Positions 8,133 through 17,066 of a DNA stretch of 31,331 bases are shown here, piece by piece (the first letter of the stretch is position 1; each line of letters opens with the position of its first letter). Source of the DNA: a virus (taxonomy: Duplodnaviria > Caudoviricetes); IMG/VR virus record IMGVR_UViG_3300030376_005329, positions 1-31,331 of that record; one strand, written 5' to 3'. Both the position numbers and the translations under genes were made by a program. The notes beneath the pieces were generated by a model. It had not been told where the DNA came from and searched no databases. It saw only the letters and a list, made by a program, of their open reading frames with translations.

Positions 8133-8731
8133 TATTGTTTACCCCATTGTATGTCCGCCAGTGTCTCTGTGGTGAATTCGAATCCTTTGTCGTCCTCGAA
8201 CACTATCTGGTGGCTCAGTGTGGTTGCGTATCCGTAAATGCTGGCCTTCTCGAAGGCACTGAAAGGACCTCCACACTCTAGTCTGAAATCTGCTGTTGTT
8301 TTGTCGTGTGTTAGACTGAAAGTGTTGATGAATCCTTCGAACACAGAATACACACCGTTGGTGGTGATGCTGTAATCCTCGTTTAGGATCGCTTTCCTGA
8401 TGCTTACCTTGGCGCCAACGAAGTTGGAATTCAACAGGATTGTTGGGTTTGTCAGGTCAACACCAGTGAACACCAGTGACAATTTCTCATTGGCCGCATT
8501 GACCGTTTCCGTTATCGCACTGTGTCCTATGTAACCAGCATTGGCGCTGTAGGTCACAGAGTCATGTGTAAGGTTCACATCACAGTTGGTGAAATCCAAT
8601 GAATTGGTACCGTTGGTCAGGACATTGAACAGCGTACTGTCGTCCTGTGAAACTATCCGCACAAGGTCAACAACCCTACGTGTCTGTGCCGCTAAGGCCG
8701 TGTTCGCCGCTGAAGATATGCCCCTTGTCAT
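8132..8731 (-). CDS. Baseplate hub / minor tail protein (gpL/DUF2163-like, 199 aa)
   Basis: MTRGIS... start and DKGFEF...DIQWG end; position between Dit and J-like genes. Confidence 0.7.
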   Translation of the reverse strand: MTRGISSAANTALAAQTRRVVDLVRIVSQDDSTLFNVLTNGTNSLDFTNCDVNLTHDSVTYSANAGYIGHSAITETVNAANEKLSLVFTGVDLTNPTILLNSNFVGAKVSIRKAILNEDYSITTNGVYSVFEGFINTFSLTHDKTTADFRLECGGPFSAFEKASIYGYATTLSHQIVFEDDKGFEFTTETLADIQWGKQ

Positions 8732-9330
8732 TACAACGTCTCCGCTACATCTAGTTCATATTGGTATAAATTGTCAACCCCTAAATCAAACTCCTGTGCG
8801 TCATTGATGAATCTGACAGTGATTGGTACATCGTCTGTCAAGGTGTTCTGTGATGATGGCACCTGTGTCCTTAGGTTTGGAAAAATATTGATCGTTGTCT
8901 GTGTTGAATTGCTCAAGGTCTTGTCAGCAGTCAGCATGTAAACTTTTGAATGATTTGCGAACTTGATGAGGTCACCGGCTTTCAGTGTGCCACTGCCAGT
9001 TGGTGTGACCGTTATGGTACTCGCCCCCACCGCCGCTGTTGATGTCACAGGCAGTTTTGTGCCGTCATTGACGAACGTGCCATTGGCACTGCCAATCACT
9101 GGAGGAACGATGGTGAACGTGTCAAACGCACCCCTCTGTGTGACGATGAATGCTTGAATGCTACCAAAGTCATCCCTTGATAACGGTACGCTCTTCAATG
9201 TGAAACTGAAGAATTGACCTCCAAGATCTTTGGAAAATGTCTTGTTGGTTATAGTGGTGCTGACAATGGTGTTAGCATTGCTCTGCCAATTGATTGATTT
9301 AAAATTAGTTGTTGGGAATGTTCCTGACAT
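8731..9330 (-). CDS. Distal tail protein (Dit-like, 199 aa)
   Basis: Directly after the tape measure gene; LKAGDLIKFANHSKVYM...IFPNLR motif. Confidence 0.7.
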   Translation of the reverse strand: MSGTFPTTNFKSINWQSNANTIVSTTITNKTFSKDLGGQFFSFTLKSVPLSRDDFGSIQAFIVTQRGAFDTFTIVPPVIGSANGTFVNDGTKLPVTSTAAVGASTITVTPTGSGTLKAGDLIKFANHSKVYMLTADKTLSNSTQTTINIFPNLRTQVPSSQNTLTDDVPITVRFINDAQEFDLGVDNLYQYELDVAETL

Positions 9331-11288
9331 TACGCAAATCTCCTTCCTTGCCTGCTCATTGCATCGCTTATTAGATTAGTTATTAGACCCCGCCTGCTGG
9401 CCAACAAAGTGTCGAAACCTTCGGCATCCACCGTGCTGATGTTGAAGTTTACTGTGGCTCCACCCATCCTGCTTCCAGAAGCCTCGTTTGAGACAACTGT
9501 GCCCGCCGTGTTAGGTATGAATAATTCTGGTCCTCTTTCTCCTACCAAGAACGCATTACTGCCGCCAACTGGTCCACCGCTCGCTCTTGCACCACCGTAG
9601 CCTATGGCACCACCATTGGCATGTCCAACAGCACCACCGTTAGCAAATCCGCCTCCTAAGAAAGCCAAAATTGTTTTCAACACGATTGTTTTTTGTAATT
9701 GCCTGTTTAAATTTTTTTGTGCATCTACTTGTCTGTTGACACCAGCGACCATGTCAATGCCAAATATTTTGGCTAGTTTTTCTAATATAGGTCCAACTAT
9801 GAACAATCTAATCATGCCACCGATCAGATCTCTGAGGATGGCCTCTCCAATTTGTCCAAGTGCTTCTTTCAATGTTTTGGTTCCCATTACCACATCAGTC
9901 AATGCTGATTCTGTTGTAGAAGCAAAAGTCTGTGTCATGCTTGTTAGTGTGTCTGTTATGATAACGGCCGTGTCATATTCTTTCAACATCTCTGTAAGGT
10001 TGTCTCTATAATTTCGTAACGCTTTGTTGGCGGTCTTGACAGATTCTGAAGTTTTAGGAAAAGTCCTGTTCATTATGGCAGTTTCTCTGTTCACTGCCGC
10101 GGCCTCATCTGCTTGTTCTTTTAATAGTTCTGCGTTGGTCCTTCCTTCGTTCTCATTGTAGTCACCTAATGCATCTGTTAAACCAAGTGTAGCATTTATA
10201 GTGTCATTTAAATTATTGCCTAGTTCTTCAGTTTCAAATGCCATTTCGCTTAACTGCGGAATAACTGGGTCTGTGTCTCGAAGTAGTGCTTTAAAACCAT
10301 CACCAGTCATGTTGAGATCAGAATTTAAGCCACTGAAATCTTGGCTTACATCTTCGGTATCTTCTTTAACGTCTTTGAAGAATCCGATTAGTTTCTCCCC
10401 ACCAACAACGACCGCTCCCAATGCCTTTGCGAATCCAATGAATAGTTTGACCACTCCCTGTAATACTGCTCCGCCTAATCTACCAAGCGCCGCTATCGTT
10501 TCTTCGTTGTTCTCAACGAACTTTGTTAGATCCGCAACAGCCTCTTTCAATGGTGGTGATAAACCTTCTCCGAATTCCATTGCTGAATTCTTCAGGGCGA
10601 TGTTTAAGTTTGAAAACTGTGTTGAAAGGTTATCTACAACGTTGGCTGTGGCACCACCAAAATCTTGACGCAATCCTTTTGAAAGACCATTGAGTAATTT
10701 TTTAGATCCCTCTGCGGTTTTACCCATTTCAGATATCTCTAATCTTGTGACTCCAACTTGTTCCTCAAGTATCCTGAATACCGGCACACCCCTGTCAGCC
10801 AATCTGTTTAGTTCCTCTAGACCCAATCCACCTGATGTGGTCCTCGCAAATAGATCAGTTATGGCCTGTAATGAACCAAGTTGGTCAGTTGTAACCGCCG
10901 CTGTGTCTGTGAATAGTGTTAGTAGGTCTTCTGTGGGTTCGATACCCGATGCCTTCAATTTAATGAAGGTTGTGGTTAAATCTTCAACTCCAAACTGTGT
11001 CTTGGTGGCGAATTCACTGACGAAGTCAAATGCTTCCCCACCGGCCTGTGCTGATCCTGTTACGGATGCCAGTGCATCATTTAAATCTTCAAATCTTGCA
11101 GTGGTTTCAATAATGGACTTACCAATCCTTACAGCGAAAACAGCCGCAAGTGCAACACCGGCACCTTTGAGTGCCGTGCTTAATTTAAAACTGCTCTTTT
11201 GTATCTTGTTGATGTCACGATTAATTTTACCCAACGCCTGTTGGTTCTTAATCTGTATATCTAACAACAGTTTTTCAGTTTTAGCCAC
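9330..11288 (-). CDS. Tail tape measure protein (652 aa, GTG start)
   Basis: Helical A/L-rich sequence; tape-measure domain (LEELNRLADRGVPVFRIL); C-terminal RASGGPV...VGERGPELFIP. Confidence 0.93.
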   Translation of the reverse strand: MAKTEKLLLDIQIKNQQALGKINRDINKIQKSSFKLSTALKGAGVALAAVFAVRIGKSIIETTARFEDLNDALASVTGSAQAGGEAFDFVSEFATKTQFGVEDLTTTFIKLKASGIEPTEDLLTLFTDTAAVTTDQLGSLQAITDLFARTTSGGLGLEELNRLADRGVPVFRILEEQVGVTRLEISEMGKTAEGSKKLLNGLSKGLRQDFGGATANVVDNLSTQFSNLNIALKNSAMEFGEGLSPPLKEAVADLTKFVENNEETIAALGRLGGAVLQGVVKLFIGFAKALGAVVVGGEKLIGFFKDVKEDTEDVSQDFSGLNSDLNMTGDGFKALLRDTDPVIPQLSEMAFETEELGNNLNDTINATLGLTDALGDYNENEGRTNAELLKEQADEAAAVNRETAIMNRTFPKTSESVKTANKALRNYRDNLTEMLKEYDTAVIITDTLTSMTQTFASTTESALTDVVMGTKTLKEALGQIGEAILRDLIGGMIRLFIVGPILEKLAKIFGIDMVAGVNRQVDAQKNLNRQLQKTIVLKTILAFLGGGFANGGAVGHANGGAIGYGGARASGGPVGGSNAFLVGERGPELFIPNTAGTVVSNEASGSRMGGATVNFNISTVDAEGFDTLLASRRGLITNLISDAMSRQGRRFA

Positions 11289-11474
11289 TATCTTCTCCTC
11301 CTAACAGGCATTGCTTGTTTGCCCATTGTTTTTTTACTTTCATTGTACTCATGCAAAAAGTAACCAGCCCAGAGGTCTTTCTCCAGTGTCGTCATTTGTA
11401 ATATTTCCTCGATTGTTTTCTTCAATCGATCTGCCAGCATTATTACAAATCGTAACTCAACACTGGAACCTATT
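11288..11474 (-). CDS. Tail assembly chaperone C-terminal extension (gpT-like), -1 frame relative to 11470..11814
   Basis: Manual translation: ...ELRFVIMLADRLKKTIEEILQMTTLEKDLWAGYFLHEYNESKKTMGKQAMPVRRRR*. It fills the gap exactly up to the tape measure start and is not in the ORF track. Confidence 0.8.
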
Positions 11475-11814
11475 CCTTTGCGATAGATTCCTGTGTAGCA
11501 GTTATTTTTGCATTGTTGATTGCAGTGGCAACTTTGATCACAACTTGTGGGTCTGCCTCATTCATCAACTTTATCCTATCAGCATCATGGAAAAGACTCT
11601 TGCCATCTTTGTCTTTGGCTTTCCTTATAATGCTTTCAACGAGTGCTTCTACAGTCTTGCCTTGTGTTTGCAATTCAAGTATCTTGCCCTCGTCTTTCAG
11701 TGGGTATGTGGTTCTGAAATAAATGTCAGTGTCCCATTCCTCACATCTTACTTTTTGCAATTCGCCACCAATGCTAGACTGGTAGTGTTTGCTTATCTTG
11801 TCCGTTATTGTCAT
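11470..11814 (-). CDS. Tail assembly chaperone (gpG-like, 114 aa)
   Basis: Position between tail tube region and tape measure gene; EEWDTDIY and KAKDKDGKSLF motifs. Confidence 0.8.
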   Translation of the reverse strand: MTITDKISKHYQSSIGGELQKVRCEEWDTDIYFRTTYPLKDEGKILELQTQGKTVEALVESIIRKAKDKDGKSLFHDADRIKLMNEADPQVVIKVATAINNAKITATQESIAKE

Positions 11815-12101
11815 TTATATCTCCTGTTTGCTATATTTTTGATCGCAGGTTTTACAACACCACTTGGTGCCTGTCGGCTACGACCTCTTTCCAGTGCGCC
11901 AGCATAAGGTTGTGGATTGGTCAATCTGTATCTTGTGCCAGTCCCTGACTTACGCCAACTTCTCTTGAAAAGTCCAGACCTCACTGGTGATCTGTCCTTT
12001 ATGTCATCTAGAACGGTGTCAGTGATCGCTTCGGTCGCCGCCTCTGTTATGGCTTTGATCTTTTGCTTCATGCTGGCACCGTTGAAGATAACTCTTGTCA
12101 T
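11811..12101 (-). CDS. HK97 gp10-like tail completion/neck protein (96 aa)
   Basis: SPVRSGLFKRSW...NPQPYAGALERGRSRQAPSG motif. Confidence 0.8.
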   Translation of the reverse strand: MTRVIFNGASMKQKIKAITEAATEAITDTVLDDIKDRSPVRSGLFKRSWRKSGTGTRYRLTNPQPYAGALERGRSRQAPSGVVKPAIKNIANRRYK

Positions 12102-12517
12102 TATAGGTTCGTTACTGCTAACGCTCCTGTAATTTGTCCTGACACTTCTGCCGTCACAGCACCATCATTTGCGGCAGAAATTTCAAAAGATGTTACAATC
12201 ATCTCGCCTGAAAGTTTCTGACCTGTTGTTGTGCCTGATGGATAAAGTTCAACGGTAGCCGCCGCCGCGCCTGGTCCTGATTGTAGGGCCGCTTGTGCCG
12301 AATCACCGTCAACGAAGTATAAACTCATTGAAGCCGTTGCGTTGGTTAGACCTGGAACGTATGTCCTAGCAGTCGCCCCCATTGCTGAAGTTTCAATTAC
12401 GTCGCCTGTGTTTGTTAGTGTGAATGATATGACAGATGCGATAGTAGTAGCGGAGCCACCAACATCGAACTTGGCCACACCTGATGTGCCTGCGTATGCA
12501 GTTGTATTGTTTGCCAT
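12101..12517 (-). CDS. Major tail tube protein (138 aa)
   Basis: IETSAMG...RTYVPGL...LSGEMIVTSFEISA...SGQITGAL pattern; GGAGG RBS. Confidence 0.85.
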   Translation of the reverse strand: MANNTTAYAGTSGVAKFDVGGSATTIASVISFTLTNTGDVIETSAMGATARTYVPGLTNATASMSLYFVDGDSAQAALQSGPGAAAATVELYPSGTTTGQKLSGEMIVTSFEISAANDGAVTAEVSGQITGALAVTNL

Positions 12518-12744
12518 TAGTTGTCCTCCTTAATGGATTTTATGACCTCTGCTTCTGCTTTTGTTATTCGCATTGTCGCTTTTGGTCGTTTAGTTTTAGT
12601 CTTTGTGATGTTTTTGTTCTCTTCCACTTTTGGTGGCGAGACAGGTTTTTTAAAAAACACCCAACCTGATTTCAACTTGTCCTGCACTTGTGTGTTTGGG
12701 ACAAGGTGAGAATTCCCTTGTTCGTCGTACATTTCTCTTAACAT
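12517..12744 (-). CDS. Hypothetical basic protein (75 aa)
   Basis: TAATG overlaps at both ends within the neck operon. Confidence 0.7.
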   Translation of the reverse strand: MLREMYDEQGNSHLVPNTQVQDKLKSGWVFFKKPVSPPKVEENKNITKTKTKRPKATMRITKAEAEVIKSIKEDN

Positions 12745-13181
12745 TATGGATTACCCCTCTTGTACATGTATTCCACTTCAACGGTCACTATGACCTGTCC
12801 TATCGGTGGATTACGTTCTATGACTTCAACGTTTGTCACCCGTGTCTCCACGTAGTGTGTCGCGTCCTTGTTTGTTGTTAGATTCCTACCCCTTGATCCT
12901 TCAAGTGTCTGTTCGATCACCTCGATCAGTTGGTTTCGTTTGGTGTCAAGTTCATTGCCACGCACGAAACATCTCAGTTCGACCTGCAGAATGCCCTGTC
13001 GCTCTGACAGTGATATGTCGGTCCTCTCCTCGTTGCCGCTGACTACCAGTATCGCTGGATACTGTGTTATGGCCAGTTTCTCGAAGTCAAAGAACTCCCT
13101 TGTCACCGTGCCAGGCGCTGGGTCTGACATGTTGATCAGTTGTTCTCGGATGTCTTCCGCTATGGTCTCTCTCGCACTCAT
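12744..13181 (-). CDS. Tail terminator-like protein (145 aa)
   Basis: MSARETIA... start, YPAILVVSGNEER motif, position before the tail tube gene. Confidence 0.7.
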   Translation of the reverse strand: MSARETIAEDIREQLINMSDPAPGTVTREFFDFEKLAITQYPAILVVSGNEERTDISLSERQGILQVELRCFVRGNELDTKRNQLIEVIEQTLEGSRGRNLTTNKDATHYVETRVTNVEVIERNPPIGQVIVTVEVEYMYKRGNP

Positions 13182-13183
13182 CG

Positions 13184-13630
13184 TTATCTAACGAGTCGAT
13201 TGAAGTGTGTAGCCTGTTTCTCTGAATTTTCTATGGTACCACTTGAATCGTAATCGTATTCTACTCCGTCCTTCAATATCTCTTGGAAGGTTGTTGCAAA
13301 TTTCTCTTTGTAATAAATCATCTTCTCCCTGAACACATCTCCATCTGGAGAGAACGTTGACAGCCTTGGGTATATGTACTCCGCTAACACGTGATACACT
13401 GCCGCCTGTGTGAATTGGCTGTAGGTCAACAGGTTGTTGTCCATTTCCGTGTATGTGCCCGTGGTGATGTCATATCTTCCATAGGTCGCTCTGGGCCACC
13501 AATCGATACGCAACTTCCTTAGTAGATCGTTCGTCGTTTTAGTGTGTAGGTCTGTGAATGATTGTATGCCGAAGTTTTGGATGTCCGGCTCATATTCAAG
13601 TAGGTCTGAGTCTGTGCTCATGTTGGCCAT
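13184..13630 (-). CDS. Head-tail adaptor/connector protein (148 aa, MANMSTDSDL...)
   Basis: GGAGG RBS before the ATG at 13630; first gene after the capsid gene; C-terminal YDYDSSGTI...E...RLVR. Confidence 0.7.
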   Translation of the reverse strand: MANMSTDSDLLEYEPDIQNFGIQSFTDLHTKTTNDLLRKLRIDWWPRATYGRYDITTGTYTEMDNNLLTYSQFTQAAVYHVLAEYIYPRLSTFSPDGDVFREKMIYYKEKFATTFQEILKDGVEYDYDSSGTIENSEKQATHFNRLVR

Positions 13631-13675
13631 TTGAGTCCTCCTGTAATGGTTGCGTCCAGTCCTTCTGGACAATGT

Positions 13676-13682
13676 TATTTAT
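13676..13682 (-). promoter_or_regulatory. ATAAATA late-promoter-like box for the neck/tail operon
   Basis: Lies between the capsid terminator and the adaptor gene. Confidence 0.65.
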
Positions 13683-13712
13683 TGCGTTGTGATCTTGATA
13701 CTAACAACACAT

Positions 13713-13738
13713 AAAAGAAAAGGGCCCGAAGGCCCTTT
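13713..13738 (-). terminator. Rho-independent terminator after the major capsid gene
   Basis: Minus strand AAAGGGCC-TTCG-GGCCCTTT TCTTTT: GC stem, UUCG loop, U-tract. Confidence 0.9.
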
Positions 13739-13763
13739 CCAAGTGAGGTCTAGTCTCCTAATA

Positions 13764-14636
13764 TTAGTCTACTAAACTTTCAGATTTGATTCTGCAACCG
13801 TATTGCTCTTTGATGATAGAGTTACCTCTAGCCGTAGTAGCAACGTACTCCGTGCTTCTTAATGAAGCATCGTATTGCTCTCTTACAACGATTGGTCTCT
13901 TAACAACGTGTGCCATTGCGTTCGGTGAGAACACAGCACCAATTGAATCATTCGCTGAGTCAACGTCTACCGCAGTAGTCATGAACAGTTTTACATTATA
14001 AATCCGTCCCAAGTAAGCAGATGAAGATAATAAAGAATTACCCGCGTTTGATAAAGCAGTCGCCCCACCTGATTGGTAACCAGATGCAGTTAAAACTTTA
14101 GCAACATTGTGGATAGCCGCTGGAGCGAACACACCAAAGTAATCTCCGTCAGCATCAGTCGGAGCGTTTTGGGCTCTTAACTTGTATACTGCTTGTAAGA
14201 TTAAATCTGGAGTAAGGTCTGCGCCACCTGTTCCTAATCTGTTTGTTGTGAAAGAATCGAACTGATCGAAAACGTCTCCGTCAACTTTCTCTCCAATTGC
14301 TTCACCTAGGATTTTTCCAACTGATTGTGCAACGTTGTCAGTTGAAGATTCCCTTAATAGGTCAGTAAGGTCTGCTCTAACACCAATCTCTGATGCTGTA
14401 ACTGTAACTGACGCTGGGTTTACACTTGTCTGTGCAGTGATGTCCGTGCCTTCAGTAAGACCTGAAGCAGACACTGTTGGATATACAGGGATCTGTGCCG
14501 TTAAGCCAGGTGTTCCTGTCATGTCGTACACTGTAACCAAGTTAGCGGCGATTGAACGTTCCGCGGCAGTGTACTGTGCAGATTGTAAAATGTTCGATAA
14601 CAAGGCTGAGTGTGTGCTTGTAGTATTGATAGCCAT
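13764..14636 (-). CDS. Major capsid protein (HK97 fold, 290 aa)
   Basis: Follows the scaffold gene and precedes a terminator; GLTAQIPVY, LTEGTD, LGRIYNVKLFMT and EQYDASLRSTEYV motifs; AAGGAG RBS. Confidence 0.9.
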   Translation of the reverse strand: MAINTTSTHSALLSNILQSAQYTAAERSIAANLVTVYDMTGTPGLTAQIPVYPTVSASGLTEGTDITAQTSVNPASVTVTASEIGVRADLTDLLRESSTDNVAQSVGKILGEAIGEKVDGDVFDQFDSFTTNRLGTGGADLTPDLILQAVYKLRAQNAPTDADGDYFGVFAPAAIHNVAKVLTASGYQSGGATALSNAGNSLLSSSAYLGRIYNVKLFMTTAVDVDSANDSIGAVFSPNAMAHVVKRPIVVREQYDASLRSTEYVATTARGNSIIKEQYGCRIKSESLVD

Positions 14637-14662
14637 TTTGCTATTCTCCTTTGTTGTTTAAT

Positions 14663-15373
14663 TTAGAAGAACTTTGCTCGGGGTGATTGCTTGGCAACCG
14701 CCTCCTTGTAAATCCTTCTCTGTTCTGGATCATTCATGTCCAGTTTGGAGACGTCCACTTCCTGCACTGATTTTGCGTTGGTGTTTGATGTTGCGCCTGA
14801 TCCACTGGGACCTGCTTGAACAAAATGAGAATTCTCAGATAAGAACTCCTGAACATAAAGTTCGGGACTCATAAGTTCTCCAGATTCAGTGTATCTTGGT
14901 GCGCCATTGTCTCCAATGACTTCAACATCACCAGCATCGTTCAATCTAACCTTGTCCCTCACAAGTCTAACGACCTGTTCTGGGTTTATGGCCTTGTGTT
15001 TGGAAGCACTGTTCAACAATGCACCATCCACCTTGACTGAGTTCAACTGTGAACGAAGTTGTTGGATATCTTGGTCCTTCTTTTCAGCGGTCTCCTTAAG
15101 AATCTTTTCAAATTCGCCTCGCTTCTTCTGTTCTTCCAGTTTCATTGCTTCATCCTTCTGAACAAGATCACGATAATGTTGTACATCAACGTCTTCGAAT
15201 TTTTTCAACACGTTAGCCTCTGTCTTCTTACGGACCGATGCCATGGCGTTGTTGAATTCGTCAGCAGTGTAGGTTTTTGACACCTCTGTCTCCGGAGTTT
15301 GTTGTTTAGAGTCGTTTGCGTTGGCCTCCGTGGCCTCCTCAACTTTGACTTCTGTCTGTTTTGAATCTGACAT
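14663..15373 (-). CDS. Capsid scaffolding protein (236 aa)
   Basis: Acidic coiled coil (KTYTADEFN, EEQKKRGEFEKILKE, AINPEQV) directly upstream of the capsid gene; AGGAGG RBS. Confidence 0.85.
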   Translation of the reverse strand: MSDSKQTEVKVEEATEANANDSKQQTPETEVSKTYTADEFNNAMASVRKKTEANVLKKFEDVDVQHYRDLVQKDEAMKLEEQKKRGEFEKILKETAEKKDQDIQQLRSQLNSVKVDGALLNSASKHKAINPEQVVRLVRDKVRLNDAGDVEVIGDNGAPRYTESGELMSPELYVQEFLSENSHFVQAGPSGSGATSNTNAKSVQEVDVSKLDMNDPEQRRIYKEAVAKQSPRAKFF

Positions 15374-15400
15374 TGGATTTCCTCCTATTGAGTGTGTTGT

Positions 15401-15418
15401 TATTTACACAAATATTTA
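15401..15418 (-). promoter_or_regulatory. Tandem TAAATA boxes upstream of scaffold/capsid
   Basis: TATTTA at 15401-15406 and 15413-15418, both intergenic. Confidence 0.65.
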
Positions 15419-15445
15419 ATAGAATTAAGTCGTATGATTATATTT

Positions 15446-15910
15446 TTAATAGAACTGCTCAAAATCCTCAACGCCCCAGGCCTCGTACCATCCCGACCTA
15501 CGCAGTCGTGCCTGTGCATCTTTCAACTTGTCAACAGGTTGAATCATCACCAACGGTTTTCTTTTGTAACTGAAACTGACACCACGATGCAGTCCTTTGT
15601 TGGCAGGGTGATCATACATGATGGCCATGTGTAACTTGTTATCGTGTGCCTGCCTACAGATGGTTGCCAATCTCTGCTCACTTATCTTGTAATCAATGTA
15701 AAGCACCACGATATCAAGCCTAAAAATAGGAACCATATGGCAACAATGGATAATGTGGTCAAGAAGATTAACCTTTGCTTTCGTGATTTGGATCGTTTTA
15801 TCTTGTAGAGTCTTTTTTGCAAACGGACAGATTGCCTTTCCAGTCTTCTTATGGACCTTAGCAATCTGTCCTCTAATCCAGTTCTCAATTAATTTACTTT
15901 CTTCTGCCAC
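15446..15910 (-). CDS. Hypothetical protein with ICPFA motif (possibly DUF1415-like, 154 aa)
   Basis: ORF in the operon; CPFAKK, DHP and LRRSGWY motifs. Family call is from memory. Confidence 0.65.
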   Translation of the reverse strand: MAEESKLIENWIRGQIAKVHKKTGKAICPFAKKTLQDKTIQITKAKVNLLDHIIHCCHMVPIFRLDIVVLYIDYKISEQRLATICRQAHDNKLHMAIMYDHPANKGLHRGVSFSYKRKPLVMIQPVDKLKDAQARLRRSGWYEAWGVEDFEQFY

Positions 15911-15968
15911 CTTTTTTGTTTTTCTTTTTTGATGACATTGGTTTTCTTCTTCCGCTCGCTCTAGCCAT
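15894..15968 (-). CDS. 24-aa K/R-rich peptide MARASGRRKPMSSKKKNKKGGRRK
   Basis: Manual translation; GAGGAG RBS 7 nt upstream; overlaps both neighbours. Confidence 0.65.
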   Translation of the reverse strand: MARASGRRKPMSSKKKNKKGGRRK

Positions 15969-16266
15969 TGGTTTTCTCCTCTTTGTTGATATCCGATTGG
16001 TCAGCAGTGCTGACGCCGTTGATGTTGTTGTTATAGGCATTCAGTCTCCTCTCGTCCTGAGTGTACAATTCAAGTAATTCAATTTTCCTTTTGTGTACTA
16101 GATATTTAATTTTCTGCAACGCTTTCCTGGCATGGAAAGCACCTTGTTGGCTTTGTCTTTCTATGCAGTTCCTGTTGTGTAATCTGTATTCATCAAACAC
16201 TGCCTCAAGGGCACGCGAAGTAGCGGTCTCTATGGCACGTCCGTCAAGTTTTCCTTTGTATGGCAT
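15961..16266 (-). CDS. Hc1 (histone H1-like)-related small protein (101 aa, MPYKGK...)
   Basis: FDEY..N.......GAFHARKALQKIK.L...RK.EL.E resembles phage Hc1-like proteins; TAATG coupling at 16266. Confidence 0.55.
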   Translation of the reverse strand: MPYKGKLDGRAIETATSRALEAVFDEYRLHNRNCIERQSQQGAFHARKALQKIKYLVHKRKIELLELYTQDERRLNAYNNNINGVSTADQSDINKEEKTNG

Positions 16267-16502
16267 TATTTCAATTCGTCTGGTTCTATAGGCGAGAAAC
16301 GGATAGAATGCCACGGTGCCGTATTGCCATGTGCGTTCTTGTATGTCTCACCGGTCTGCACTGACTGTGCGGCCATGAACTCCCTTGTGCCGTTGCCGTA
16401 CCTCTTCTTCTGCACCACCCTACAGGGCCTCCATTCTTGTCCCCGGGCGTAGTATCTGCTGTGATGGGTCTTCTGTCCCTTTGATGTCTTTACACCTGCC
16501 AT
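16266..16502 (-). CDS. Small basic hypothetical protein (78 aa)
   Basis: GGAG RBS; in-operon ORF. Confidence 0.7.
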   Translation of the reverse strand: MAGVKTSKGQKTHHSRYYARGQEWRPCRVVQKKRYGNGTREFMAAQSVQTGETYKNAHGNTAPWHSIRFSPIEPDELK

Positions 16503-16514
16503 CTATCTCTCCGA

Positions 16515-16787
16515 TCATAGTTTGAATCCTTTTTTCCAAGTCTGCAATGACCAATAAGCAGGACTCAAAGTTTTTTGTCCTCTCACATCGTCCAGTATGG
16601 CACCCATCCTTGCGTTGAAACTTCTACGCCTTGTTGGATTGTTCCTGCCTATGCTCATGCCCTTCTGTCCAAAATTCACTTTCTTGACGTTGCCTGTGTT
16701 TCTATCTCTCACAAACACTTTAAACTTCTTAACGTCACCACGCATGACCTTGTTAAGTTTTACATCTCTACCTTGATATTTTGCCAT
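16515..16787 (-). CDS. Small basic conserved phage protein (DUF6321-like, 90 aa)
   Basis: KKFKVFV...GNVKKVNFG...RRRSF.AR...AYWS...W pattern; family name is from memory. Confidence 0.7.
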   Translation of the reverse strand: MAKYQGRDVKLNKVMRGDVKKFKVFVRDRNTGNVKKVNFGQKGMSIGRNNPTRRRSFNARMGAILDDVRGQKTLSPAYWSLQTWKKGFKL

Positions 16788-16833
16788 GTATCCATGTCCA
16801 TATTTTCTTAAAAAAATTTTTTATTTTTTCCAT
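16768..16833 (-). CDS. 21-aa cationic amphipathic peptide MEKIKNFFKKIWTWIHGKISR
   Basis: Manual translation; AAGGAGG RBS and TAATG coupling to the upstream gene. Confidence 0.6.
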   Translation of the reverse strand: MEKIKNFFKKIWTWIHGKISR

Positions 16834-17066
16834 TATTTTTTCCTCCTTAAATCAAGATCGTGTTTTCGTGATCCTTTCAAAAAACTATTGACCCTGCCCA
16901 TTGCCCATTGGTTCATGCCAATGCCCGGTCTTGATCCTGCTGTAAGGAAAGCACCTTGTCCCCTCCTATAAACTTTTGTCAGAGTGGACAGTGTGAATCG
17001 GCTCTCGCTGGCCTTTTCCCGTAGTGTCTTACGCACAGTGGCATTGAGTGGTTTACTTTTTGCCAA
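16833..17066 (-). CDS. Small basic conserved phage protein (DUF5824-like, 77 aa)
   Basis: L.KVYRRG.GA....GSRPG....QWA..RVNSF motif; family name is from memory. Confidence 0.75.
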   Translation of the reverse strand: MAKSKPLNATVRKTLREKASESRFTLSTLTKVYRRGQGAFLTAGSRPGIGMNQWAMGRVNSFLKGSRKHDLDLRRKK

